Shown here piece after piece: positions 35,378 to 45,212 of a DNA stretch of 55,378 nucleotides. Below the pieces are notes generated by a model. That model ran no database searches and was not told the origin of the DNA. It worked only from the letters and a program-made list of their open reading frames with translations. How positions within the stretch are numbered: position 1 is the first letter of the stretch; every line of letters begins with the position of its first letter. The position numbers were made by a program, and so were the translations under genes. This stretch comes from Armatimonadota bacterium (GTDB lineage: Bacteria > Armatimonadota > Zipacnadia > Zipacnadales > UBA11051), in contig JAWODS010000209.1 in the NCBI GenBank assembly GCA_046483205.1, positions 1 to 55,378 on the forward strand. The letters are read 5' to 3'.

Positions 35378-36304
35378 ATGAAGGTTACGATCGTCGGAGG
35401 CGGCAACGTCGGCGCGACGTGCGCACAGCGAATTGTCGAAGGCAACATCGCCGATGTGTATCTGATAGATATTGTTGATGGCCTCGCGAGGGGCAAAGCC
35501 CTCGATCTGGCAGAGGCCGCGCCAATTATCGGACACGGTTGCTCGATTGAGGGCGGCGTCGAATACGGGCCGGCGGCTGGATCTGATATCATGGTCATTA
35601 CCGCCGGGAAGGCGCGAACGCCCGGAATGTCTCGCGACGACCTGCTGGCCACAAACGGCAGCATCGTCCGTTCGGTCGTCGAAGAGGTTACCAGGGTGGC
35701 GCCTGAAGCAATCATCCTGATGGTCTCCAATCCGCTGGATGTCACCACCTACGTTGCCCAGCAGGTGTCCGGTTTGTCCCGCGAACGCGTCTTTGGCATG
35801 GCGGGAGTGCTGGATACGGCGCGCTTCAGGGCCTTTATCGCCATGGAGCTGGGCTGCTGTCCGGCGGACGTGACTGCGATGGTGCTTGGCGGCCACGGCG
35901 ATTCAATGGTGCCACTCCCGCGCTACAGCACGGTGTCGGGGATACCTGTCACACAGCTCATCGAACCCGAGCGCCTTGCCGAGATCATCGATCGGACTCG
36001 AAAAGGCGGGGGCGAAATTGTCAGCTATCTGAAGGATGGCAGCGCCTTTTACGCACCATCGGCGGCCGTGGCACAGATGTGTGCGGCAATTTTGCGGGAT
36101 GAAAAGCGCATTCTGCCCGCCTCCGTGCGCCTGGTGGGCGAATACGGCCTGGACGATGTGTTCGTCGGAGTGCCGGCGGTTCTCGGCAGTGAGGGAGTGG
36201 AAGACGTTATCGAGATGGACCTGGACGACGACGAGCTGGAGGCCCTTCACGAATCCGCCGACCACGTCCGTGAAACGATCGATGTGTATGAAGCGCTTCA
36301 ATAG
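35378..36304 (+). CDS. mdh: malate dehydrogenase (LDH-like MDH)
   Basis: The motifs are MKVTIVGGGNVGAT, ITAGKARTPGMSRDDL (Arg at the substrate-specificity position) and MVLGGHGDSMVP. Confidence 0.88.
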   Translation: MKVTIVGGGNVGATCAQRIVEGNIADVYLIDIVDGLARGKALDLAEAAPIIGHGCSIEGGVEYGPAAGSDIMVITAGKARTPGMSRDDLLATNGSIVRSVVEEVTRVAPEAIILMVSNPLDVTTYVAQQVSGLSRERVFGMAGVLDTARFRAFIAMELGCCPADVTAMVLGGHGDSMVPLPRYSTVSGIPVTQLIEPERLAEIIDRTRKGGGEIVSYLKDGSAFYAPSAAVAQMCAAILRDEKRILPASVRLVGEYGLDDVFVGVPAVLGSEGVEDVIEMDLDDDELEALHESADHVRETIDVYEALQ

Positions 36305-36322
36305 GTGAGGACTGGCGTAAAG

Positions 36323-37162
36323 ATGCGGGAAATCAAGCCGGATGAGATTACAGAGACGGTGTATGGGCTGGCGATGGAGGCGGCTTTTGAGCTGCCCGAG
36401 GATGTGCTGGCGGCCCTGCAAAACGCGCTCCAACAGGAAACAGGTCCCGCCCGGACGGTTTTGGAGACGCTGGTGGAAAACGCGCAGATCGCCCGCGAAC
36501 AGCGAATCGCCCTCTGCCAGGATTGTGGATTGGTCGTCATCTTTGCACGCGTGGGGCGCGACTGCCACATCGCGGGTGACCTTTACGAAGCCATAGACCG
36601 CGGCGTCGCGGCGGCATACAGTGACGGGTACCTGCGCAAATCGGTGCTTGAAAAGCCGCTTCAGCGCGACAGCAACAGCGGCGACAACACGCCCGCCGTC
36701 GTGCACGTGGAACTCGTCGCCGGCGAAAATATCGAGCTGCACCTGGCTCCCAAGGGTGGCGGTTCCGAGAACATGAGCACCGTTGACATGCTGGTGCCGG
36801 CCGCGGGGCGTGATGGTGTTATCGAGCACATCGCCACACACGTCGCGCAGGCCGGAGGCAAGCCGTGTCCGCCGCTGATCGTAGGGATCGGCCTCGGTGG
36901 CACGATGGAGAAAGCGGCCCTGCTGTCGAAATGGTCGCTCATGCGGCCGCTCGGGGAACCCAGCCCGGATGCACAGGTGGCCCGGCTTGAAGCCGACATC
37001 CTCCAGGCGGTCAATGAAACCGGCGTGGGCCCGATGGGGCTTGGAGGAAAGACGACCGCCCTGGCCGTCCACGTCGAGGAGCATCCCTGTCACATTGCAA
37101 GCCTGCCCGTGGCCATCAACCTGCAGTGCCATTCCGCTCGCCACAAGCATGCCGTTATCTGA
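36323..37162 (+). CDS. class I (Fe-S) fumarate hydratase / tartrate dehydratase, alpha subunit
   Basis: The motifs are PLCQDCG-type Cys (ALCQDCGLV), LAPKGGGSENMS and INLQCHSARH. It is followed by the beta subunit. Confidence 0.82.
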   Translation: MREIKPDEITETVYGLAMEAAFELPEDVLAALQNALQQETGPARTVLETLVENAQIAREQRIALCQDCGLVVIFARVGRDCHIAGDLYEAIDRGVAAAYSDGYLRKSVLEKPLQRDSNSGDNTPAVVHVELVAGENIELHLAPKGGGSENMSTVDMLVPAAGRDGVIEHIATHVAQAGGKPCPPLIVGIGLGGTMEKAALLSKWSLMRPLGEPSPDAQVARLEADILQAVNETGVGPMGLGGKTTALAVHVEEHPCHIASLPVAINLQCHSARHKHAVI

Positions 37163-37190
37163 CATACCTGCCGCAGACCGGGGGAAGAGC

Positions 37191-37745
37191 ATGGCTCCGA
37201 CGCTGCACACACTTCAGACACCAATCAGTGACGAGGCTCTCGCGAAGTTAAGGGCCGGAGATGAAGTCCACATCAGCGGGACGATCTATACGGGACGTGA
37301 CGCCGCTCACGCCCGCCTCATGGAACTCATAGAAGCCGGAGAGCCACTGCCTATAGAGATTGAGGGCCAGGTGATATACTACTGTGGGCCGGCTCCGGCT
37401 CCTCCGGGCTCTGCGCTCGGTTCCGCCGGGCCGACAACATCCTACCGCATGGATCCATTTGCCCCGGACCTGTACCGGCTGGGACTGGCGGCCACCATCG
37501 GCAAAGGGAATCGCGGCCAGGAAGTCCGGGAAGCTTGCAGGGAGTTTCAAAAGGTCTATCTCGTGGCGGTCGGCGGAGCGGGCGCCCTCTTATCACGAAC
37601 AATCACCCGCGCCGAAGTTGTGGCGTACCCGGAGCTGGGACCTGAAGCGATCCGTCGTCTCGAGGTAAAAGATTTCCCCGCAATCGTCGCCTATGACACC
37701 TGTGGCGGCAGCGTTTTTCCGGGTGATGAACCGCTGGAAAGCTGA
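37191..37745 (+). CDS. class I fumarate hydratase, beta subunit
   Basis: 184 aa. The motifs are ISGTIYTGRDAAHARL, YYCGPAP, GPTTSYRMD, IGKG and YLVAVGGAGAL. The internal ATG at 37191 of ORF 36897-37745 was used. Confidence 0.82.
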   Translation: MAPTLHTLQTPISDEALAKLRAGDEVHISGTIYTGRDAAHARLMELIEAGEPLPIEIEGQVIYYCGPAPAPPGSALGSAGPTTSYRMDPFAPDLYRLGLAATIGKGNRGQEVREACREFQKVYLVAVGGAGALLSRTITRAEVVAYPELGPEAIRRLEVKDFPAIVAYDTCGGSVFPGDEPLES

Positions 37746-37812
37746 GGAGCCCCGGTACGGCAAACGTGCACCCTGTCCTATCGCTGATGACTGAGCGCAG
37801 CCCCCACTCGCC

Positions 37813-40716
37813 TTATTCATCGTCCTGCGTGAGGCGTTCGAGGCGTGTCTCCGCCCGGGGCGCCCAGGGACTTTGCTCGGGATAATCTCGCAGCAGCCGC
37901 CGGTAGAGCTCGACCGCCTGCTCCGCGTCTCCCATACGCTGATAGGTGGTCCCCGCCCTATAGAGCGCTCGGGCCGCCAATTCATCATCGTGTGTTCCGT
38001 CGGCCACCGTCAGATAAAGCTCCGCCGCATCCTCGAACTGCTGACTGGCGCGCTTGATCTCCGCCAGCTCCATGGTCGCCTTGTGGGATAGCTGCCGGTC
38101 TTCGGCCTTTCGGAGGTCATTCAGGATTGCCGCAGCCTTCTCGTATTCCTCAATATCAGCATACATCTGCGCGAGCCGAAGGCGGCTCTGCTGGATGTAG
38201 GCGTACTCCGGGAAATCCGTCGTCAGCCGCTCCATAACAGTAACGGCCTCCGCGGATTGATCGACTGATGCGTACGCCTCTGCGAGGAGATGAAGCATGG
38301 AGGGAAGCTGCTGGTCAGACTCGTTTTGTATGCCGGGCTTTAACATTTCTATGGCGTTGTCAAATTGCTCATTATGCATGTAGATATACCCGGCCTGCAG
38401 GCGTGCGTCCGCTGCGACCGCAGGATTGTCAGACCTCTCGACAGCCGCCAGGAAATGCTCAAGTGCGGCGGTACGCTCCTGCATTTTCAGAAGTGACCAG
38501 CCAAGCTTGTAGTGAGCTTCATCTGTCAAATCGCATTGAGGATGTTCCTCGATGAGCCGTTCGTAGAGCCTGGAAGAGGCAGAGAAATTTGACTGCTCAT
38601 ACCGTAACTCGGCCGCGGTGAACAGGGCATCCGGCGCAAGCTCGCTTTCCGGATAGGTGTCGGCGAGGTCCACAAAGGCTTCAACGGCCCGCACGATTTG
38701 CGTGTGATCGACATACACTTCGCCCAGCGCAAAGGCAACCTCCGGTGCCCATGCCGCATCATTATGAGCCTGCAGTACACTGGTGTAATACGTCACCGCC
38801 TCCCTGTGGCGGTTAAGACGAACAAGCGTTTTGCCACGCTGCACATGAGCCCGGCCGATATCGGGCGATTCGGGGAATTGCTGGATGAATTGCGTGTAGG
38901 TGTCCAGGGCGGCCACAAGCTGATTGTCGGCAACCTGCGCGTCGGCGGTCGCCATAAGTGCTGTTTCCGCCCACTCGCCTTCACTTGCCACCTCGTACGC
39001 CCGCTGGTAGGCTGCGACGGCGTCCTCCCAGTTGTCCGATGCAGCGTATTTCTCGCCAAGGCGGTAGTAGAGGCGGGGGAGAGTATCGTGCGCCGCACCA
39101 TCGGGACTGATTGCATCGATGAGCGCAGCCCCCTCCTGCACATTTCCGTCCTGCAGGTGCATGAAGGCCAGTTCGGAACGGGCGACATCCGCGCTGGAGG
39201 TGTCGGCATATTCCTGCAAGACCCGGTTGAACGCATCCCGTGCTGCCCCGGGGGTGTTCATCTTGCGGTGGGCCTGCCCGGCGATGGTCAGGGCCTCGGC
39301 GATGCCGGGATACTCCGGGTGATACTCGAGTATGAGCTGCGAGAGGTGCAAAGCCATCTGAGAGTTTCCCGCGCCCATTTCCAGGTTCGCAGCAAAGAGG
39401 GCGTTGTTGCGTGCGACACTGCTTTGCGGGTGCTGCAGCAGGAAGGACGCCAGGGCATCGAGCGTTTCTGCAGAGCCCGTTTTTTGGTGCTGTGTCCACA
39501 ATTCTCCAAACTGTGCTTTGAGCTTCTCAGCCTCGTCAGTGGCCTTTTCAGCGGCCTGTTTATATGCCGCCTGTGCCCTGGTAAAATCGCCGCGATCCAG
39601 ATACAGACCACCGAGGCGGATGCAGGCGTCTGCGATCTCGGGGTGGTCAGGATATGTATTCAGCAGGTTTTCAAACGCCTCGATCGCCTCGGAGGTTTTA
39701 CCTGCGAGCTGATAGCTGACGGCTCCCCAGTAGGCGGCTGAAGAGGCGAACTCGCTGGAACCAGACCCTGCGACGGCCGTGTAGGCTTCAGCAGCGGCCT
39801 CGTAGTCTCCCGCAGCATATCTGGCGTCGGCGGCTCGGACGGAAGCCTGGATGGCGATGTCGGACCCTGCATACTGCTCAGACACCTTTTCAAACTCAGC
39901 CGCCGCCCTCGCAAATTCGCCGCGCCGGTAGTAAACAGAGGCGATTCCCAGCATCGCCCGGGGCGCGTATTGTGAGTCCGGAAACTGCTCGATCACCGCC
40001 TCATAGGATTCGCTGGCGTCACCGTAGTTCTCCTGCCGTTCGTGAAGGCTGCCTGTGCGGTACAGCGCCTCCGCCTGCAGTTCGCTTTCGGGAAAGCGTG
40101 CGTGGAGCTCTGCAAAGGCCTTTACAGCCTTTTGTGGATCCGTGTCAGAGTACGTGGTCGCTATAGAATAGAGGGCGTACGGTGCGAGGTCTCCTTCAGG
40201 GGCAAGGTGCAGGCTGCGCTCATAGGCCTCGATAGCGGCCTGCCTGTCGCCCTGCTGGTACAGTGCCTCACCAAGCCAGTACGCGATAGTACCTGCAATT
40301 GATGATGAGCCGAATTTTTCAAGAGCCGTCTGCAGGGTGTCGGCGGCCCGCTCATATTGCCCGAGGTAAAACAGGGATGTCCCCGCTCGGAGATAGGCGG
40401 CTGGAACATCCGACCAATCCGGGTAATTCTCAAAGACGGTACGGTACTGCTGTTCGGCCTGCTCATAGCGCTTCAGCTTGTACAGACATTCCCCTGCCGC
40501 GAAATGGGCGAGCACGGCCGCCTCATGCTCCGGGTTTTGCTGCAAAAACTGCCGGTAGCTCTGCAGCGCCTTCTCCCATTCGCCCTGCTGCCGGGCCTCG
40601 TTGCCCCGCTGCAGAAGGTCACCGGGAAGCTGCTGGGCTGTGGCGGATGAAAGAGTGGCGACCGTCATGGATGCGGCGAATATAACGGCAAATAATGCCT
40701 TGTATCGCATGGGCAT
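37813..40716 (-). CDS. secreted/periplasmic tetratricopeptide-repeat protein (~20 TPR/YbgF-like repeats)
   Basis: 967 aa. The signal peptide is MRYKALFAVIFAASMTVATLSSATA. It has a recurring ~34-38-aa A/Y/L pattern (e.g. YxxAxxxYxxxxxxYPxSxxAxxA). Confidence 0.8.
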   Translation of the reverse strand: MPMRYKALFAVIFAASMTVATLSSATAQQLPGDLLQRGNEARQQGEWEKALQSYRQFLQQNPEHEAAVLAHFAAGECLYKLKRYEQAEQQYRTVFENYPDWSDVPAAYLRAGTSLFYLGQYERAADTLQTALEKFGSSSIAGTIAYWLGEALYQQGDRQAAIEAYERSLHLAPEGDLAPYALYSIATTYSDTDPQKAVKAFAELHARFPESELQAEALYRTGSLHERQENYGDASESYEAVIEQFPDSQYAPRAMLGIASVYYRRGEFARAAAEFEKVSEQYAGSDIAIQASVRAADARYAAGDYEAAAEAYTAVAGSGSSEFASSAAYWGAVSYQLAGKTSEAIEAFENLLNTYPDHPEIADACIRLGGLYLDRGDFTRAQAAYKQAAEKATDEAEKLKAQFGELWTQHQKTGSAETLDALASFLLQHPQSSVARNNALFAANLEMGAGNSQMALHLSQLILEYHPEYPGIAEALTIAGQAHRKMNTPGAARDAFNRVLQEYADTSSADVARSELAFMHLQDGNVQEGAALIDAISPDGAAHDTLPRLYYRLGEKYAASDNWEDAVAAYQRAYEVASEGEWAETALMATADAQVADNQLVAALDTYTQFIQQFPESPDIGRAHVQRGKTLVRLNRHREAVTYYTSVLQAHNDAAWAPEVAFALGEVYVDHTQIVRAVEAFVDLADTYPESELAPDALFTAAELRYEQSNFSASSRLYERLIEEHPQCDLTDEAHYKLGWSLLKMQERTAALEHFLAAVERSDNPAVAADARLQAGYIYMHNEQFDNAIEMLKPGIQNESDQQLPSMLHLLAEAYASVDQSAEAVTVMERLTTDFPEYAYIQQSRLRLAQMYADIEEYEKAAAILNDLRKAEDRQLSHKATMELAEIKRASQQFEDAAELYLTVADGTHDDELAARALYRAGTTYQRMGDAEQAVELYRRLLRDYPEQSPWAPRAETRLERLTQDDE

Positions 40717-40846
40717 TCAGTCAAAAGCTCCTTCGATCACGCAAATGCGCGAGTCGCAATGTGCTTCAGTACCTATTTAGTCAAATGAGATCACAGGACG
40801 TTGCGCTTATGAAGGTTTTGAGGCATCGAGTGATGCTGCACTCATG

Positions 40847-41740
40847 TCAACTCGTCATGTCCAGTCCCAGCTTCTGCAGGACAGCGATGAGAGTTTCACG
40901 AGCCTCCGGAGAGATCGGGCCGCAGGGGCGTGCGGTCGGGCCCACAGGCAGACCGATGAGACGTGCAGCTTCCTTGATGGGGTCGGGCACGGTGCTGAGG
41001 GAAAAGCAGCGACGCAGTGCAATCGCCTTCATCTGAAGGGCTCGTGCCTCTTCGATATCGTCATTTTTGATGTTTTCGTAAATCCCCACCATGATTGCGG
41101 GAATAATGTTGGCGCCCGCAGAGACAGCACCGGCGCCATTGGCCATGAGAGTGGAGAAGATCAGCCCGTCGTTGCCGTTCATCACGGAGAAATCGTACGG
41201 AGTGAGCCGGATAAAATCAATGGTGTTGTTAAGGTCGCCGCTCGAATCCTTCACTCCGACAATCTGGTCGATCTTCGCCAGGCGTGCCATTGTGGGTGGC
41301 TCAATTGCTACATGAGTTCTGCCCGGGAGGTTGTAAAGCACAACCGGGAGGCTGGAGGCCTCGGCAATGGCGCGGAAATGCTCGTAGATTTCCTTCTGCG
41401 AGGGGGCCACGTAATAGGGTGTGACAACAGAAACGGCGTCGGCCCCGGCCGCTTCCACCAGCCGCAGATTTTCAAGTGCCTGTCGGGTGGTCGGTGCCCC
41501 AATACCGGCCATGACGGGCACTCGCCCCGCTGCAGCACGGACGAACGCATGCGTCACACGGCCACGTTCTTCGGGATTCAGTGCGTATGCCTCACCGTGC
41601 GTGCCGACCGCAAACAGACCGTGAATGCCAGCACGGAGAAGATGCTCGACCAGTGTCGGTATAGCCTTGGTGTCCGGCGTTTCATCGTCATGCAGGGGTG
41701 TGAGTGTCGCGGCGTAAATGCCTGAGATATCGGTGGACAC
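40847..41740 (-). CDS. DapA/NAL-family class I aldolase (probable 4-hydroxy-tetrahydrodipicolinate synthase)
   Basis: 297 aa. The motifs are TPL...VGTHGEA, LYNLPGRT and the Schiff-base lysine context VGVKDSSGD. Substrate specificity within the family cannot be resolved by eye. Confidence 0.7.
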   Translation of the reverse strand: MSTDISGIYAATLTPLHDDETPDTKAIPTLVEHLLRAGIHGLFAVGTHGEAYALNPEERGRVTHAFVRAAAGRVPVMAGIGAPTTRQALENLRLVEAAGADAVSVVTPYYVAPSQKEIYEHFRAIAEASSLPVVLYNLPGRTHVAIEPPTMARLAKIDQIVGVKDSSGDLNNTIDFIRLTPYDFSVMNGNDGLIFSTLMANGAGAVSAGANIIPAIMVGIYENIKNDDIEEARALQMKAIALRRCFSLSTVPDPIKEAARLIGLPVGPTARPCGPISPEARETLIAVLQKLGLDMTS

Positions 41741-41779
41741 GGTATCACTCCCGGAAATTACGCGAAATAGTTGAGTTCA

Positions 41780-43945
41780 TCATGCACTTTCCGCCCGGGC
41801 CCGAAGTTCTTCTTTGATGGTGCTCTGCAGCGTCGAAACGTGTCTGACGAGGCGGTCAACAATCTCGTCGTCGGGCTCTGACGGGCGGAAGCGCACAACA
41901 AGGTAATCCTCCACAATCTGGCAGGCGACATTCATGGAAGCCGTCAAATCCGGCGGGATCGTCTCCAGAAATTCGTAGGCCGACAGATGCGGGAGATCTT
42001 TCGCGCCCTGGTTGTCGAGGAGATGCCGCATCTGGCGATAGGCCCACTGCGCTGTTTCAGTTTTTCCGGCGTAGCGTGGAGGGTGGTGCGAGACCCACAC
42101 AAGATAGTATCGCGTGGAGAACGCAGCAAGAACTATAAACACCACCACAACAAGCCCGACCTGCCAGTACGCGACGAGACGTCCGGTCAGAAAAATGGCT
42201 CTGTCTTTGAGCGAAGCGCCTGCATCGCGCCATACGTCGCCGAATGTCCTCTCTTCAGCCTCCTCGCGCGCTCCCGGCGTCGGCTCGAACACCATCCAGC
42301 CCATGCCCTGCAGATAGACTTCCGGCCACGCGTGGGCATCCTCGCTGCGGACGATGTACAGATCATCGTCATCCGTGCTGGTCTCACCGCGCATGAAGCC
42401 CACAGCCATGCGTGCGGGGATATCCAGAGTCCTGCACATGACGACCATGGCAGACGCGAAATGGTAGCAGTAGCCGCTTTGTGTCTTGAAAAGGAATGCT
42501 TCGACGAAATCATCTGGCCATGTCCGGGAGGGATGCAGGTCATACGTGTAGTTGTTCATCAGGTAGGTCTCAATCGCCCGGACGCTCTCGAACTCTGTGG
42601 TGGCGTCGCTGGTGATATTCTCGGCGAGCGCGCGCACCCTGGGGGAATAATCCTCTGGAAGCTCCAGGTCGCGCTGGATGTCCTCCCTGGTCGGAGGATT
42701 TTCCACCCCGGACGTTTCCGGAAGTGTCGGTGGCACCTTTGACAGCACGTAAAATGGCTTTTTTGGCAGTCGCTGGCTCACTGGAGCGATGACGCCGTCC
42801 CAACCGTATGTCACCGAAGGAACATCTGCACGGATACGCACGGGGCGATATGCGCACGGTATTGCGGCGCCAAAGGGAACGTATGGGGTGATTTCCTGCT
42901 CAACAAGCACTGCTTCGTTGCTGAGGCCGGCTGTCTGCTCGGGAATTTTCCACTCGTTGGCACCGGTGGCAGGTGCGCGGTTGAGGGCGAGTTGCATGGT
43001 CCACGCCTGGCCTGTGTAGCCGTGATAGACGCCGGTGCGCCAGTTGGTGGGACGCTCGCATTTCACCTCCATGACGATAGCGCGGCCCGTAGGAGGGTAC
43101 GTCCTCGGCAGCCAGATCGAGGCACCGGGGGCATGATCAATTTCGCCCCTGATCAAATGCATCGCCAGCCGCCGGGCCAGGTACAGCTGCACGCGATTGG
43201 TCACACGGCTGGAAAGCTCGACGCGTGCCGTCCAGAACCCGATGGCGATGGCCACGGCGATCGCCAGTACGTAGATTGTGGGCCATGAATAGGCTTTCGC
43301 CGACGAGGTTGTGGTCTCGCTGAATTCCATTCCGCTGACTTTGGAAAGCCGCGAATCGGTTTGGAGGGAGTTTTCGATTGATAAGAGACCCAGCGCCCCG
43401 AGAATCAGCAGCCCCAGAGCTGCCAGCGCCGACCAGTGTGGATGGGCCACGAGGCTCAGGAGCACTATGGATGTCGTCGGCAGTATTGTCTGGACGAGTT
43501 CGGTGATCGAGCGCAGTGAAAATGCGCGGAACGCCGTGATCCACAAAAAGACAGCCACCATGCTCCGCAGCGCCGTGAATACGCTGTCGGGCTGCTCGAA
43601 AAGATATGCGCGCACAGCCGGAGTAAACTGCACGACACCGAGAACCACCGCGGCGATAAACACAGTCCAGTTGACCGTCAGGCGCGAGATACGGGTATAG
43701 TGCAGGTAATAGGCGACCGGAAATGCTGCGACGATCAACACGCCGATGATCCCCACATACAGCGGATTTGCCATGAACGCTGAGACCGAAAGCAGCGCCG
43801 CGATCATCGTCACCCACGTGTAGATGCAGGCGACAAACCACGTGCCGGACCCTTCCTCTTTGATATGCTCCACCGGGTTCCAGCGTGGCATATCAAAGCC
43901 GAGGAGGTGTCTCATGCGCTTTATGGCTCGCTGCCAGAAGGTCAT
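41780..43945 (-). CDS. transglutaminase-domain membrane protein (TgpA-like)
   Basis: 721 aa. It has an N-terminal polytopic region. The transglutaminase core carries a Cys-His-Asp triad context: GYCYHFASAMVVMCRTLDIPARMAVGF...EDAHAWPEVY. A C-terminal TM segment follows. Confidence 0.82.
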   Translation of the reverse strand: MTFWQRAIKRMRHLLGFDMPRWNPVEHIKEEGSGTWFVACIYTWVTMIAALLSVSAFMANPLYVGIIGVLIVAAFPVAYYLHYTRISRLTVNWTVFIAAVVLGVVQFTPAVRAYLFEQPDSVFTALRSMVAVFLWITAFRAFSLRSITELVQTILPTTSIVLLSLVAHPHWSALAALGLLILGALGLLSIENSLQTDSRLSKVSGMEFSETTTSSAKAYSWPTIYVLAIAVAIAIGFWTARVELSSRVTNRVQLYLARRLAMHLIRGEIDHAPGASIWLPRTYPPTGRAIVMEVKCERPTNWRTGVYHGYTGQAWTMQLALNRAPATGANEWKIPEQTAGLSNEAVLVEQEITPYVPFGAAIPCAYRPVRIRADVPSVTYGWDGVIAPVSQRLPKKPFYVLSKVPPTLPETSGVENPPTREDIQRDLELPEDYSPRVRALAENITSDATTEFESVRAIETYLMNNYTYDLHPSRTWPDDFVEAFLFKTQSGYCYHFASAMVVMCRTLDIPARMAVGFMRGETSTDDDDLYIVRSEDAHAWPEVYLQGMGWMVFEPTPGAREEAEERTFGDVWRDAGASLKDRAIFLTGRLVAYWQVGLVVVVFIVLAAFSTRYYLVWVSHHPPRYAGKTETAQWAYRQMRHLLDNQGAKDLPHLSAYEFLETIPPDLTASMNVACQIVEDYLVVRFRPSEPDDEIVDRLVRHVSTLQSTIKEELRARAESA

Positions 43946-45210
43946 GTTTCGGCCCGCACTTTCGTCACCGTTGTGCCGGCCCCCGCGCCCAGCCGGGCGA
44001 ACGCCGATTGCACCTGCGCTGTGTCATCCGCCACTGCAGCAGGGATATGGTGAGCCTGCAGGTGGCTCCGAAGCCACTTCTGGCGGCTCTGGATATCCCC
44101 GTCCGCCTCGGGGGAGCCGACAAGGACCACACGTAGCGCGACACCGGTGGCCGCAATCCGGGTGAGCTGCTGGATAACGCCACCGCCCAGACCCGGGGTG
44201 ATGACAAAGACTGTCATACCGGCATTGGTGTGCTGCGCCCAGTCACGCATGTGCCGGGAAAATGCCTGCCTTCCGGACGGTGTGACGGTCGCGAGGGCCT
44301 CAATGGCGTGGCGGTACACCGCGCTGCTCACCTCGGGAGAGCGGAGTTCCTCAGGGAGTGTATCGCCGAAAAGCGCTGTATTGATGTTGATCTCCGCAAG
44401 GCCCTGCAGGAGCGTGGCGGCAGCGATCACCGCGACTTCAAAGCTGCTGTCAGCGCCGCTGCCGATCACCGAATCGGAGGACGCATCGAGCCAGACGGCG
44501 GACTGGTGTTGAGTGCCCCCCGCATACTCTTTGACGACCATCTCTCCCGTGTGCGCTGTAACCTTCCAGTGTACGTCCCGCAACTCGTCTCCGGGCTCAT
44601 ACAGGCGAGTGCCAACGAAGTCACCGGTTCGCTGGCGCCGGCTGGCCATTTCCAGGCGTGTGCGCTCTGAGAGCATCGCTGTCAGATCCTGCGGAGGCAG
44701 AGATAAGGGGCGGGGCAGGGCGATAAAGGATGTTGATTCCGCCGGTGGCCCGGGCCGCTGAAACATGCCCAGCGGGTCGCCTCCGACCAGTCTCGGCTCT
44801 TGGACAACATATCTGCCCCGGTGGAGGATGCTCACCGGCGCCTCGGCGGAGACTGTCTGCGAGCGACTGAGACCGGGGAGAGAAAACAGATAGGACGCTT
44901 CGTCGATCTGCAGCGTGGCGTTTTTGAGAGGGATTTTCACAGCGACGGGCGGACGCGCAATAATGCCGATATTCGAAAGCTTTATGTCCACCGTAATGTC
45001 GCTGTTTGACCACACGCGGTCGGTTGCGGCTGTGACGGACAGGTCGAGTCCGGCAATCGCCATACGGGATATCATGTAGCAGCCCAGAACGCTGGCGAGA
45101 CACACTCCGGCCATGACGTAGAGTGCCGGAGCTTCGTTCATCAGGCCGGCGAGATAAAACAGCACTGCGGCGCTCATGAAAAGCTTGTAGTTGCGGGACA
45201 TGAATAGCAA
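43942..45210 (-). CDS. DUF58 (vWA-like) protein
   Basis: 422 aa. It has 2 N-terminal TM segments and the hallmark GDFVGTRLYEPGDELRDVHWKVTAHTGEMVVKEY. It overlaps the downstream TgpA-like gene by 4 nt. Confidence 0.82.
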   Translation of the reverse strand: MLFMSRNYKLFMSAAVLFYLAGLMNEAPALYVMAGVCLASVLGCYMISRMAIAGLDLSVTAATDRVWSNSDITVDIKLSNIGIIARPPVAVKIPLKNATLQIDEASYLFSLPGLSRSQTVSAEAPVSILHRGRYVVQEPRLVGGDPLGMFQRPGPPAESTSFIALPRPLSLPPQDLTAMLSERTRLEMASRRQRTGDFVGTRLYEPGDELRDVHWKVTAHTGEMVVKEYAGGTQHQSAVWLDASSDSVIGSGADSSFEVAVIAAATLLQGLAEININTALFGDTLPEELRSPEVSSAVYRHAIEALATVTPSGRQAFSRHMRDWAQHTNAGMTVFVITPGLGGGVIQQLTRIAATGVALRVVLVGSPEADGDIQSRQKWLRSHLQAHHIPAAVADDTAQVQSAFARLGAGAGTTVTKVRAET

Positions 45211-45212
45211 CC

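Noticed and set aside
35308-35748. N-terminal 147 codons of ORF 34522-35748
   Set aside because: This segment overlaps the mdh coding region on the opposite strand and is non-hydrophobic and low-complexity. The gene was trimmed to ATG at 35307, where the membrane-protein sequence begins.
35903-37210. 435-aa minus-strand ORF
   Set aside because: It is entirely antisense to mdh and both fumarate hydratase subunit genes. Its R/G/H-rich composition is typical of a shadow ORF.
38698-41725. Plus-strand ORFs of 347 aa (38698-39741) and 293 aa (40844-41725)
   Set aside because: They are antisense to the TPR gene and the DapA-family gene respectively, and show no recognisable domains.
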